A stretch of DNA of 32,000 bases from Ktedonobacterales bacterium (GCA_030167145.1 CP126532.1:4080001-4112000), one strand, 5' to 3'; positions 1-9,820 are shown, counted from the first letter of the stretch. The notes: generated by a model from the sequence alone, not told the origin. Translations and numbers: made by a program.

Positions 1-338
1 CCGCCGCTCAGCCGCGCGAGAAACGTCGCTTCCAGGCGCAGGCGATAGCCGCTGACCAACTGCAACAGCGCCAGTGGTTCGATCAGATAGCCCGTCTCCT
101 CGCGCACCTCGCGGCGCAGCGCGTCTTGCAGCGTCTCGCGCCGTTTGATGTAGCCGCCCGGCAGCCCCCACGAGCCTTCGCTCCAGAAGCGATGCCGCAG
201 CAGCAATACCTGCCCATCATCATTCAGCACCACCCCCGACACGCCGAAGATAAACTTCGCGTGCAGCAGCCACAGCACATACCACGGCGACCGCCCGCGC
301 AGCAGCCGCCACAGCTTTGCCAGCACCGTGTTCGTCAT
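1..338 (-). CDS. Nudix hydrolase (C-terminus runs off the window edge)
   Basis: Absent from the ORF track because it stays open to the window edge. Reverse-strand translation from the ATG at 338-336 gives MTNTVLAKLWRLLRGRSPWYVLWLLHAKFIFGVSGVVLNDDGQVLLLRHRFWSEGSWGLPGGYIKRRETLQDALRREVREETGYLIEPLALLQ... This contains a complete Nudix box (G-x5-E-x7-REVxEETGY). Its ATG overlaps the murD stop codon as ATGA. Confidence 0.8.
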   Translation of the reverse strand, partial: MTNTVLAKLWRLLRGRSPWYVLWLLHAKFIFGVSGVVLNDDGQVLLLRHRFWSEGSWGLPGGYIKRRETLQDALRREVREETGYLIEPLALLQLVSGYRLRLEATFLARLSG

Positions 339-1756
339 AGCGCCAGCACCAGCCGCCGAAACTGGTCGCCCCGGTCGAACTCGTGCAGGAACATGCCAAA
401 GCTGGTGAACCCTGGCGAGAGCAGCACCACCGCCCCCGGCTGCGCCGCCACGCGGGCCTCGGCCAGCGCCCGCGCGAAGTCGTCATACGGGCCGCTGACC
501 AGATCGGCACGCCCCAGCGCTCGCGCTTCCGCGCGCACCGCCGCCGCGAAGTCGTCCGAAGCGTTGCCCTTCAGCACGATCACCCGCTCTGCGCGGGCCG
601 CCGCCTCACGGGCGAAATCCCCGAAGTCGAGATTCTTCGAGTTCCCCCCCGCGATCAGCACCAGCGGCTCAGCAAAGCTGCGCAGCGCAGCAATACCCGC
701 CACCGGAGCCGTACTGGCGCTGTCGTTGACATACGTCACGCCGTCCAACTCGCGCACCACTTCCAGTCGGTGCGGCACCCCCCCGAAGCTGGCGACCGCG
801 TCGCGAATTGTCTCCGGCGCGACCCCGATCAGCTCAGCCGCCAGGGTCGCCGCCTGCACATTGCCCAGGTTGTGCGCGCCGCGCAGGCGAATCGCATCCG
901 CGTAGGCGAAGGGCTGCGTCTCATTGGGCATATCGCGCCGGAAGGCCACACGCTGCTCCGGGCTATACAGCCACACCGCGCCACCCGGCGCCTCATCCGC
1001 ATAGCTGCGCGTGTACTCGTTGTCGGCGTTGAAAAGCGCGATATCCTCCGCGCCCTGGTAGCGAAAGATGCTGGTCTTCGCCTCGCCGTAATCCGCCATC
1101 GAATCATAGGCGTTGAGGTGGTCGGGCAGCAGATTGGTGAAGATGGCAAGCCGCGGACTGCGGCGGATGGTATGCAGCCCTTCCAGCATCCAGTTGCCCA
1201 GTTCCAGCACCACCCAGCGGTCCGGCGTGATCTCCGGCAGCAGCGCCAGCGTTTCGATGTTGCCCAGGTTGCCGCCGAGCAGCGGACGCATGCCAGCGGC
1301 GCTGAGGATGTGGTGCAGCAAGATGGTGGTGGTGCTTTTGCCGCGTGTGCCCGTCACCCCCGCGATCTTGCCACGACAGGCGCGGAAGAACCAGGCAATC
1401 TCCATCTCCACACGGCGGCCAGCGGCGTGGGCGGCGGCCAGATATGGCGAGTCGCGGCGCACGTTGGGATTGCGAACGATCACATCGGCGCGCGTGAAAT
1501 CGTCTACGTCGTGCCGCCCCAACACGTAGCGGATCGGCAGACCGGCAAGTTGGGCGATGCTGGGCGCGAGCACGTCTTCACCGCGCAAATCCGTGACAAC
1601 CACCTCGGCTGCCCCCTGCTCCACGGCATAGCGCGCCGCGCCGACACCGCCGCCGAGCAACCCCAGTCCCATCACCAACACCCGCCGCCCACGCAGCGCA
1701 TTGGGGTCGTCTGGTGTCGTCGCCACATCATGCCAGTCGGTGTGTTCGTCGCTCAT
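335..1756 (-). CDS. murD: UDP-N-acetylmuramoyl-L-alanine--D-glutamate ligase (MurD)
   Basis: 473-aa ORF. It has an N-terminal Rossmann-like VLVMGLGLLGGGVGAARY, the Mur-ligase P-loop GVTGTRGKSTTT, and overall MurD length and domain order. Confidence 0.85.
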   Translation of the reverse strand: MSDEHTDWHDVATTPDDPNALRGRRVLVMGLGLLGGGVGAARYAVEQGAAEVVVTDLRGEDVLAPSIAQLAGLPIRYVLGRHDVDDFTRADVIVRNPNVRRDSPYLAAAHAAGRRVEMEIAWFFRACRGKIAGVTGTRGKSTTTILLHHILSAAGMRPLLGGNLGNIETLALLPEITPDRWVVLELGNWMLEGLHTIRRSPRLAIFTNLLPDHLNAYDSMADYGEAKTSIFRYQGAEDIALFNADNEYTRSYADEAPGGAVWLYSPEQRVAFRRDMPNETQPFAYADAIRLRGAHNLGNVQAATLAAELIGVAPETIRDAVASFGGVPHRLEVVRELDGVTYVNDSASTAPVAGIAALRSFAEPLVLIAGGNSKNLDFGDFAREAAARAERVIVLKGNASDDFAAAVRAEARALGRADLVSGPYDDFARALAEARVAAQPGAVVLLSPGFTSFGMFLHEFDRGDQFRRLVLAL

Positions 1757-1985
1757 CCCGTCCGTCCATCCTCGATCACTGAATGTGCCGCGTCAAGCCG
1801 CGCACACTGTATCACAATCCCATCAGCCAGTAGAAGTACGGTGGCAGGGCACGTACCTACATCGTACAATGAGCGGGATTCGCACGCGAGTGGTGGTGGA
1901 AGCATGGCTGCGGGCATCCGCACTGGCGCTGGCGTGATACGCGCGACGCAGGACGCGAGACGCGGGAGAAGAGAGCAGAACCGCG

Positions 1986-4900
1986 ATGAGCGATCGCGAG
2001 AAATCCAAAGAACAATTGCTCCAGGAACTCGCCCGATTGCGCGCCGAGGTGAAGGCGTACCGCCGGGCGGGCCAGCGCGACGCAGACTCTGCGGCGAGCG
2101 ATGGGGTAGCGCGGCGGGGGCCGGAAAGCCTCGCGGATAGCCTGGCCGCCTCGCTGGATGGCGCTGGTGTCTCGCCGGAGACATCCGAGCTGAACGCGCC
2201 CGCGATAGCTGCGGGGACCAACGGACACACGACGCTCCGCCCCCACCACGAGCACGTCATCGAGCAGGTGCGGCATCAGCTTGGCTTCTTGCGGGAACTC
2301 ACCGATGGGCTGGGCGAGGGCCTCTATGTCGTCAATCTCGCCGGCGAAGTCACCTATTGCAATCCGACCTGCGAACAACTGCTCGGCTGGCAACAGGGCG
2401 AAATGTTGGGGCGCAACTTCCATGACCTGGCGCACTATCAGCATGCCGATGGCTCGCCCTATCTCTGGGCGGACTGTCCATTACACAGCACCCTCCATGA
2501 GGGACGTGCGCTGCGGGTAGACGAAGACGTGTTCACACGCAAGGATGGCTCGCTCGTGCCAGTATCGTATCTGGCGTCGCCGCTGCTGAACGAAGGGCGT
2601 GTGGTGGGTGGGGCAACCGTCTTCCATGATCTGAGCGCGCGCAAGCGGGCGCAGCGGGGTCTGGCGCTGCAATACGCGATCAGCCGCACGCTGCTCGAAT
2701 GCGCGACACTCGAAGAAGCCGCGCCGCGCATCCTGCGCGAAACCGGCCAGGGCGCCTGGGATTTCGGTGTATTCTGGCTACTCGATGATTCCGGCGAAGC
2801 GCTGGACTGCTTTGCCACCTGGGCCGCGTCTGGCCCATCCTACGCGGAGTACGAGCGCGCGAGCCGCGAAGCGCATGTCACACCCGGTGAGGGATTGGTG
2901 GGGCGTGTCTGGCATTCTGGCAAGCCAGAGTGGGTCGAAGAAATAGCGGACGCCGCAGGGTTTAGACGCCGGGAGGCCGCAATTCATGACCTGTTGCGCA
3001 GCGTCTTTGTGTTTCCAGTCTTCGGCGCAAATGGATTGCTCGCGGTGATCGAAATGGTATCGCAGCGGTCACAAACGCCAGAAGAAAGCTTGCTTCAGGT
3101 GGCGGCGACACTGGGCAATCAGATTGGCCTCTTCATCGAACGCAAGCAGGCGGAGATGAAGATGCGCGAGAGCCACGCCCGCCGTGGAGCGATGTTGGCG
3201 TCAGCGCTGGATGCGATTGTCTCGATTGACGACCAGGGGCGTATCAGCGAGTTCAACCCCGCCGCTGAGCGGCTTTTTGGCTACGAGCGAGCGCAGGTCA
3301 TCGGGCAGGTCATGGCGGATCTCATCGTGCCCCCCGCACTACGTCAATCCCACCAGCGCGGCCTGGAACGCTATCTGGTGACCGGCGAAACTCGCCTGCT
3401 CGGCAGGCGCACGCCGATGAGCGCCGTGCGCTCCGACGGCACCGAGTTCCCCATCGAGCTAGCGATCACGCGGAACCAGCAAGCCGGAAATATCATGTTC
3501 ACCGCGTTTATCCGCGATATGACGGAGGTCAAGCGCGCGGAGGAAGAGCGTGCCCGTTTGCTGGAGAGCGAGCGCGCGGCCCGCGCCGAGCAGGAGGGCG
3601 TCGCGCGGCGTTTGCAGATGCTGCAATCCGTGACCGACACCGCGCTGGCGCATACAGGCCTTGAGCACCTGATGGATGGCATGCTGACGCGCGTGCGCAC
3701 CGAGATGCAACTCGACGACGTCGCAATCATGCTCTTAACGCCTGAGGGTCGCGAGTTGGCGCTCTTCGCCGCACAGGGACCAGAGACCAGCGCCATTGGG
3801 CGTACACGGCTGCCGCTCGGCTACGGAATGAGCGGACGTATCATGCGTGAACGTAAGCCGCTGATCGTGGAAGACATCTCGCGGGTCACCATCATGACGC
3901 AACTGCTGCGCGAGAAGATCAGCTCGCTGATCGGGGTGCCACTGCAAGTGGAAGACACCGTTCTGGGCGTCCTCTTCGCGGGCACAGTCCAGACTCGTCA
4001 CTTCAGCGAGGATGACACACATCTCTTGCTGCTGGTAGCGGATCGTATCGCCATGGCGATAGACCGCACGCGCCTCTACGAAGCCGAGCGCGCGGCCCGC
4101 CACGCCGCCGAAGCGGCGCAGGGACGTGTGGCGTTTCTCGCCGAGGCGAGTGGGCAGCTTGCCTCATCGCTGGATTACAAGGAAACGCTGCGCCATTTGG
4201 CTCAACTGACCGTTCCGTATCTGGCGGACTGGTGCATCATTCGCATTCTGCGCGACGATAACATGCCGCATCTAGCCGCCGTCGCCTATCGCGATCCCCG
4301 GCACGGCGCGATACTAGAAAAACTGCGCGATAGCGCCACATGGTTCAATCCGCGATCACCCTATGGCATGGCCAAGGTGCTGCGAACCGGAGAACCGGAA
4401 CTGCTCACCGAGGTCAGCGAGGAGGTCATCACACAGCTCGCCTCCGATGACAAGTATCGCGATCTGCTGCGCCAACTGGACTCCATATCGGCGATTTCCG
4501 TCCCGCTGCGTATCCGTGGCAGAGTTGCCGCCGCCATGACACTGATCTCCACCTCGCGTGAGCGGCTCTATGGCCCTGAGGAGCTTGCGCTAGCCGAAGA
4601 ACTCGCGCGCCGCGCGGCGATGGCGATTGATAACGCGCGGCTGTATACGGAGTCGCAGGCAAGTGTACGCCAGATTCGCGAGTGGGCGCACCGCTCCGAA
4701 CAGCAAGCAATCGAGTTACAGACAATTATTGAGGCGATTCCGGGGACGGTTTTCGTCAGCGACGCGACTGGACACATCGTGCGCACCAACCGCACCGCAT
4801 CGTTCGTCTTCGGGGGAGATGCCGAGACCGTTGACCGAACCGTCCGCGCCATGGCGGACTTCCGGCAATTGAGCGACCTGAGCGAGAACCCGCTGCCACT

Positions 4901-5795
4901 CGAAGACTACCCGTTGGAGCAAGCGCTACGCGGTACCATGCGCACCGATTTCCGCTGCCTGGCGCGCCTGCCAAGTGGGCAGCAGGTCCCGGTCCAGGTC
5001 AGTTTCGCGCCGATTGTGGATAGCGCGGGCGAGATCACCGGCGCGGTCGCGGTGGCGACCGATATATCCGGGCTATATGCGCTGGAGCAGCAAAAGGACG
5101 AGTTCTTGAGCGTGGCGTCGCATGAATTGAAGACCCCGCTGACGACGCTCAAGATTCTGGCCCAACTCACACGCAAGCGCCTGGAGAAATTGGAAGTGCT
5201 CAATACCAGCCAGGTGGTGCGGATGGAGCGCGCCATCGGGCGCATGGAACGGTTGGTGAATGACCTGCTCGACGTGACGCGCATCCAGGCAGGCAAGCTG
5301 GTGCTCCGCTTGGAACTCTGCGACCTCGTCGCGCTCTGCCAGATGGCCGCGGATGAACAGGAAGAGCTAGCGGCACGCGCGATCACGCGCGATCTGCCAG
5401 CGGGGCCGGTGCTAGTCTGGGCCGATCCCGAGCGATTAGAGCAGGTGCTGGCGAATTTGCTATCGAACGCGCTGAAATATTCGCCAGCGGAAACCGAGGT
5501 CACCCTGACGATGCGCCTGCGCGACGGCGAGGCGACTGTCGAGGTCGCCGATCACGGCATCGGCATACCGCGAGAGGCGCAGATCCATCTGTTCGATCAG
5601 TTCTATCGTGTGCCAGGTGTGGAGGTGCAGAGTGGGTCGGGCGTTGGGCTGGGCCTGGGCCTCTTCATCTCGCACAATATCATTCAGCGCCATGGGTGGC
5701 GGATCACGGTAGAGAGCGCGCCGGGTAAGGGGAGTTGCTTCCGCTTCTCGCTGCCAGTCGTCTCAGAGCCGCGGCCAGCAGCCGAGAAGCAGTAG
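1986..5795 (+). CDS. Large cytoplasmic multi-sensor histidine kinase (coiled-coil, PAS, GAF, PAS, GAF, GAF, PAS, HisKA, HATPase_c)
   Basis: 1269-aa ORF with no hydrophobic TM segment. H-box SVASHELKTPLTTL. N/G boxes LLSNALKYSP, ADHGIGIP, GSGVGLGLGLFISHNIIQRHGW. Upstream are PAS-like (VVNLAGEVTYCNPTCEQLLGW; SIDDQGRISEFNPAAERLFGY; VSDATGHIVRTNRTASFVFG) and GAF-like blocks. GGGAGAAGAGAG lies upstream of the ATG. Confidence 0.9.
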   Translation: MSDREKSKEQLLQELARLRAEVKAYRRAGQRDADSAASDGVARRGPESLADSLAASLDGAGVSPETSELNAPAIAAGTNGHTTLRPHHEHVIEQVRHQLGFLRELTDGLGEGLYVVNLAGEVTYCNPTCEQLLGWQQGEMLGRNFHDLAHYQHADGSPYLWADCPLHSTLHEGRALRVDEDVFTRKDGSLVPVSYLASPLLNEGRVVGGATVFHDLSARKRAQRGLALQYAISRTLLECATLEEAAPRILRETGQGAWDFGVFWLLDDSGEALDCFATWAASGPSYAEYERASREAHVTPGEGLVGRVWHSGKPEWVEEIADAAGFRRREAAIHDLLRSVFVFPVFGANGLLAVIEMVSQRSQTPEESLLQVAATLGNQIGLFIERKQAEMKMRESHARRGAMLASALDAIVSIDDQGRISEFNPAAERLFGYERAQVIGQVMADLIVPPALRQSHQRGLERYLVTGETRLLGRRTPMSAVRSDGTEFPIELAITRNQQAGNIMFTAFIRDMTEVKRAEEERARLLESERAARAEQEGVARRLQMLQSVTDTALAHTGLEHLMDGMLTRVRTEMQLDDVAIMLLTPEGRELALFAAQGPETSAIGRTRLPLGYGMSGRIMRERKPLIVEDISRVTIMTQLLREKISSLIGVPLQVEDTVLGVLFAGTVQTRHFSEDDTHLLLLVADRIAMAIDRTRLYEAERAARHAAEAAQGRVAFLAEASGQLASSLDYKETLRHLAQLTVPYLADWCIIRILRDDNMPHLAAVAYRDPRHGAILEKLRDSATWFNPRSPYGMAKVLRTGEPELLTEVSEEVITQLASDDKYRDLLRQLDSISAISVPLRIRGRVAAAMTLISTSRERLYGPEELALAEELARRAAMAIDNARLYTESQASVRQIREWAHRSEQQAIELQTIIEAIPGTVFVSDATGHIVRTNRTASFVFGGDAETVDRTVRAMADFRQLSDLSENPLPLEDYPLEQALRGTMRTDFRCLARLPSGQQVPVQVSFAPIVDSAGEITGAVAVATDISGLYALEQQKDEFLSVASHELKTPLTTLKILAQLTRKRLEKLEVLNTSQVVRMERAIGRMERLVNDLLDVTRIQAGKLVLRLELCDLVALCQMAADEQEELAARAITRDLPAGPVLVWADPERLEQVLANLLSNALKYSPAETEVTLTMRLRDGEATVEVADHGIGIPREAQIHLFDQFYRVPGVEVQSGSGVGLGLGLFISHNIIQRHGWRITVESAPGKGSCFRFSLPVVSEPRPAAEKQ

Positions 5796-5817
5796 CGTTC
5801 CGTACCGCCCGCGCTGC

Positions 5818-7773
5818 TTATTTGCCGCGCGGATCGCGCTTGGCGCGGCCAGGTCGTTCGGGACGACCCGCACGCTCGGGCCGGTTCCGTGGCCCATGTG
5901 ACGGGAAGCGCCGCGCCTCGCGCTGGGTGGCGATGGCGCGCCGCTTCCCACCTTCCGCCGGTTCGCCCTTGCGCTGACGCCAGCGGTCTTTGCGGGGCCG
6001 CTCGTCCTGGCTGGGGAAGCGCTCATCCTGCTCCACCTCCGGCCCGCGTGCCGAGGGGCGCGCCAGCGAGGTGCGCGGCGCGCGGCCCCGCACCGTCGTC
6101 GCGTTCAGCGCGTCGCGGATCATCTCCGCCTGCTCTTGCGGCACTTCCACGAACGAGAACGTGTCGTAAATGTCAATGTCGCCGATGATGTCGCTGGAAA
6201 CCTTCGCCTCATTGGCGACCGCCCCCACCAGATCCGCCGGGCGCACGCCGTCGCGGCGGCCCACCCGCAGCACCAGCCGCGCCATCTCGCGGTCGGGCGC
6301 ATGGCGCTCGCGCCTCCCACGTCCGCCTGGTCGCCGGTCTTCGTACTCACGCGACGGCAATTGGCTCGCGTCGGCGGTGGGTGGCGCCGTCTCCGTGAGC
6401 GGGGTCGTCCAGATGTCCGTGCGACCAGGATGCGAGGCGTCGCGCGCCAGCGCCGCCATCTTGAACGCGGCGGCGGCAAGCTCCGCTGGCTCGTGCGAGT
6501 CCGAGAGGTCCGTCACCAACGTCAGGAACGGGTCGAGTTGCCCCGATTCGAGAATATGCAGCACATCCTCGCGGAAGGCTGCGCGGCGGCGCACGGCGAT
6601 GTCCGTGGGCGTAGGAAGGCGCAGCCGCTCCAGCCGGCGGTGGATCGCATATTCGATCTGCGCCAGCAACCGCCGTTCACGCGGCGTCACCAGCGTCAGC
6701 GCCTCGCCCGCCTGGCCCGCGCGTCCCGTGCGCCCGATGCGATGCACGTAGGATTCCGCGTCGAGCGGCAGATCGTAGTTGATGACGTGGCTCACGTCCG
6801 GGATGTCCAGTCCGCGCGCCGCCACATCGGTCGCCACCAGCAATTGCGTATTGCCCGCACGGAACCGATTCAGCACACGCTCACGCTGCGCCTGGTTGAT
6901 CTCGCCGTGGATCGCCTGCGCCAGATAGCCCATGCCGTTGAGCTGCTCAGAGAGTTCATCGGCGGCCATGCGTGTGCGCACGAAGATGATTGCCGCTTCC
7001 GGCTCTTCCAGATCCAGGATGCGCGCCAGGGCTTCGGGCTTGGCCAACTGCGGCATCTCGTAGTAGACCTGCCGCACGCGCGGCGCGACGGCCTCACGCG
7101 CGGCGATGCTGATGTGCTCCGGCTCGCGCAGAAAGCGCTCGGCAAGCCGCGCGATGCGCGGCGGGACCGTGGCCGAGAACAGCGCCGTCTGCCGCTCCGT
7201 GGGCAGCGCGGCGAGAATCGCCTCGATATCTTCGATGAAGCCCATATTCAGCATCTCATCGGCTTCATCCAGCACCACCGTGCGCACCTGGCTCATATCC
7301 AGCGTGCCGCGTCCCAGGTGATCGAGCAGGCGTCCGGGCGTGCCGACCACCACCTGCACGCCACGTTTCAGCGCGCGCAGTTGCCGCTCATAGGGCGCGC
7401 CGCCGTAGATCGGCAGCGTCACCAGTTCGCGATATTTGCCCAGGCTGTGCATCGCCTCCGCCACCTGGATCGCCAGTTCGCGCGTCGGCACCACCACCAG
7501 CGCCTGCGGATATAATTGTGTTTCATCCAGCCGTTCGATAATCGGCAGGCCGAAGGCAGCGGTTTTGCCGGTACCTGTGGGGGCCTGCGCCACCAGATCG
7601 CGTCCGGCCAGCAACAGCGGAATCGTCTGCCCCTGGATGGGCGTTGGCTCACCGTAGCCGAGGTCGGCAATGGCGCGCAAACTTGCCTCGCTCATGCCGA
7701 GCGCGGCGAACGCCTCGCGTCCGCCCTCCGTGGGGGGCGTCGTCGGGGCGTCGGTCTGTGTTGTGCTGTTCAT
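5818..7773 (-). CDS. deaD: DEAD-box ATP-dependent RNA helicase, DeaD/CsdA-like, with a DbpA-type C-terminal RNA-binding domain and an Arg-rich tail
   Basis: Motifs present: Q-motif region GYGEPTPIQ, motif I AQAPTGTGKTAAF, motif II VLDEADEM, SAT, and HRIGRTGRAG. The ORF track begins at a TTG (7848). The ATG at 7773-7771 (MNSTTQTD...) gives a typical N-terminus, so that start is preferred. Confidence 0.9.
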   Translation of the reverse strand: MNSTTQTDAPTTPPTEGGREAFAALGMSEASLRAIADLGYGEPTPIQGQTIPLLLAGRDLVAQAPTGTGKTAAFGLPIIERLDETQLYPQALVVVPTRELAIQVAEAMHSLGKYRELVTLPIYGGAPYERQLRALKRGVQVVVGTPGRLLDHLGRGTLDMSQVRTVVLDEADEMLNMGFIEDIEAILAALPTERQTALFSATVPPRIARLAERFLREPEHISIAAREAVAPRVRQVYYEMPQLAKPEALARILDLEEPEAAIIFVRTRMAADELSEQLNGMGYLAQAIHGEINQAQRERVLNRFRAGNTQLLVATDVAARGLDIPDVSHVINYDLPLDAESYVHRIGRTGRAGQAGEALTLVTPRERRLLAQIEYAIHRRLERLRLPTPTDIAVRRRAAFREDVLHILESGQLDPFLTLVTDLSDSHEPAELAAAAFKMAALARDASHPGRTDIWTTPLTETAPPTADASQLPSREYEDRRPGGRGRRERHAPDREMARLVLRVGRRDGVRPADLVGAVANEAKVSSDIIGDIDIYDTFSFVEVPQEQAEMIRDALNATTVRGRAPRTSLARPSARGPEVEQDERFPSQDERPRKDRWRQRKGEPAEGGKRRAIATQREARRFPSHGPRNRPERAGRPERPGRAKRDPRGK

Positions 7774-7953
7774 GCGAAGTCGTTCCACCAGTCTGTGTTT
7801 TGGGATGTTGTGGGCGCACGCAACCGAATCCTGGTGACGTGCTGGCAATACGCGCGGCGAGAGAGCGAGAGCGAAACCGCGTCAACATATCCCATCGGGC
7901 ACGGGCAAACCACAGCCCACATACGCCCATACAGCACAGGAGGATCAGCTATC

Positions 7954-8043
7954 ATGCGTCAGTCAGAGAACTCAACGTGCTATTATACCGCACTTTCGCG
8001 CCCGCATGCGAAATACAGGACGTTAAGGCATCGCTGCACATGA
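7954..8043 (+). CDS. Candidate 29-codon small ORF (MRQSENSTCYYTALSRPHAKYRTLRHRCT)
   Basis: A perfect AGGAGG (7938-7943) sits 10 nt upstream of the ATG at 7954, in an AT-richer divergent intergenic region. There is no homology evidence. It could instead be part of the deaD or BNR-gene regulatory region. Confidence 0.2.
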   Translation: MRQSENSTCYYTALSRPHAKYRTLRHRCT

Positions 8044-8187
8044 AATCGCCCCGCATAGCAAGTCGTGTGACGAAGCTCACTGTGTGGCGCATCTCACAGC
8101 CCTTGCCTGTGAGCGCGCTTTACGATGCCCTCAGGCTTCTGGAATTGCGCTGGAATGTGTCCGTGTCGGTGGGGAGGAGAGTGCGCT

Positions 8188-9429
8188 ATGGAATCTCGCT
8201 CGTTCATCCGCAACGTATCATGCCTGTATCTGATGCTCTGCATCCTCCTGCTGGCGGCCTGCGACGCCCCTGCGCGTGGGAAGGCCAAAGAGACGCCCAC
8301 CACCCTGTCTGCATCCACGTCCACCCCCACGCCACCCCACGCGGAATGGCACAACATCCCCGGCGTGCCACAAAACGAGCCAAATATCGTCTTCGCCCCC
8401 AGCGCGCCCAACACTGGCTTCGCGTGCGGCGGCTCGCCCATCGCCGAGTCCACCACTCCTACGTTCTTCAAGTCCACCAACACCGGCAAGACCTGGCAGG
8501 CGCAGACGCATGCCCCCTTACCGAAGATGCCATGCGATGTCTTCGTGGACGCCAGCGACGCCAACGACATCTTCCTCCAGCACGTGTTGCAAAACACACT
8601 AGGAAGCGATCCCATCAGCGCAACACTCTGGCGTTCGCGCGATGGCGGCGCCACCTGGAAGCAACTGACCCTGCTCCCGCACACCTTTGGCTGGGGCCAG
8701 CTAGCCGTCGTTGGCACACGCCTCATCGTCCGCGCCTCATTCACCGACGAACCCGTTGATTGCCCGCCGCCCGGAAGCACGCAACTGCCTCGGCATCCGA
8801 ATCAACTCTATGTCAGCGATGACGGCGGCACAACCTGGCAGCCCTTCGCGCAGAGCATCGCCCTGCAAAAACTGGCCATGCACGAATTCTACGCGGTCGG
8901 TGACACGCTTTTTGTGCCCGCGGAGACCATCGCGCCACTCTGCACGCCGACCACCCCATCGCTCTGGAAATCCACCGACCAGGGCCACACCTGGGCGCGC
9001 GTCGCCTTGCCTGCAGCCATGCAGTGGTTCTCCATCGCCTGCTTCACGCCATCCGCCACCGGAGCGGGCTTTTACGCCGTCGCCGTGGTAGGGTATGCTG
9101 CTCAGCCGAACGCGCAATCGCTCATCTACAGTGCGGATAGCGGCGTCACCTGGACTTCGCTGCCTGCCTTCCCCGGCTCCCAAAGCTCAGCAAATATCAG
9201 TTTCCAGCCAGTCGTCGTCGCGCCAGATGGCACTGCGCTAGTCGAAGCCTACGATTCCTCGAAGGGGCAACAAGGCGATCTTGGCATCTCCTTTTTGCGG
9301 CCCAGCGACCCCACCACGGCCTGGCAGCCATACGCGCCGGGCTTCGGCGGCTCCTGGCAGGTGCTGCACGGAACCATCTACGGCGACGTGATAATGGCCG
9401 GCACGCTCGCCTACCTGCCGCTGCCCTGA
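8188..9429 (+). CDS. Secreted BNR/Asp-box repeat protein (sialidase / Ycf48-like beta-propeller fold), probable lipoprotein
   Basis: GGAGGAG RBS at 8173-8179 with the ATG at 8188. Signal peptide with lipobox MESRSFIRNVSCLYLMLCILLLAAC. Five Asp-box motifs (S-x-D/N-x-G-x-T-W): STNTGKTW, SRDGGATW, SDDGGTTW, STDQGHTW, SADSGVTW. Confidence 0.75.
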   Translation: MESRSFIRNVSCLYLMLCILLLAACDAPARGKAKETPTTLSASTSTPTPPHAEWHNIPGVPQNEPNIVFAPSAPNTGFACGGSPIAESTTPTFFKSTNTGKTWQAQTHAPLPKMPCDVFVDASDANDIFLQHVLQNTLGSDPISATLWRSRDGGATWKQLTLLPHTFGWGQLAVVGTRLIVRASFTDEPVDCPPPGSTQLPRHPNQLYVSDDGGTTWQPFAQSIALQKLAMHEFYAVGDTLFVPAETIAPLCTPTTPSLWKSTDQGHTWARVALPAAMQWFSIACFTPSATGAGFYAVAVVGYAAQPNAQSLIYSADSGVTWTSLPAFPGSQSSANISFQPVVVAPDGTALVEAYDSSKGQQGDLGISFLRPSDPTTAWQPYAPGFGGSWQVLHGTIYGDVIMAGTLAYLPLP

Positions 9430-9820
9430 TGCGGTATCGCCCGCGACGGGCGCCCGCCGGACGCCTCTACGCATAGCGTACTGCCACTACTCTTCGGACG
9501 AGTTTTGCGCCTGGGGCAGCTTCCCTGCAAGAAAGCCACAGCTCATTCCGCCCGCATATCCCTTCCATCGCCCTAAAGCTAGACTCTCGCTACAGGATGA
9601 GCTGCGGCCTTTTGGCTGAGAATTGCCACCATCGCACAGCTCGCCCCACCGCTACCGGATGAGCCGTGGCACAGGTCGTGCATTGCTGCCACATCAGCCT
9701 GCGGCGCCGGCCCTGGCTCACGCGCTCTCTTCGACTACCCGTAATGCGCTCCCCCTAACCGCCATCTGGCATCCATCCCATCAGCGACACCCGCTCCGCC
9801 ACTCCCTCAGGAGGCCCACC

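Noticed and set aside
383-2140. Long antisense or out-of-frame ORFs, such as 383-2140 (+), 6136-7515 (+), 7644-8759 (+), 13700-14587 (-), 14506-15471 (-), 15987-17234 (+), 16336-17109 (-), 19806-20396 (-), 20248-21147 (+), 22184-22936 (-) and 28777-29586 (+)
   Set aside because: These are typical high-GC shadow ORFs. They are Arg/Ala/Pro/Gly-rich with no motifs, and each overlaps a gene on the other strand or frame that has clear family signatures.
7774-7848. TTG-initiated 25-codon extension of the DEAD-box helicase
   Set aside because: It uses a non-ATG start, and the extension (MPARHQDSVACAHNIPKHRLVERLR) is unlike helicase N-termini. The ATG at 7773 gives a normal spacing to the Q motif.
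9440-9454. CGCCCG-CGA-CGGGCG hairpin just after the BNR lipoprotein gene, considered as a terminator
   Set aside because: It has a 6-bp GC stem but no downstream T-tract. Short GC hairpins are common by chance in DNA of this GC content.
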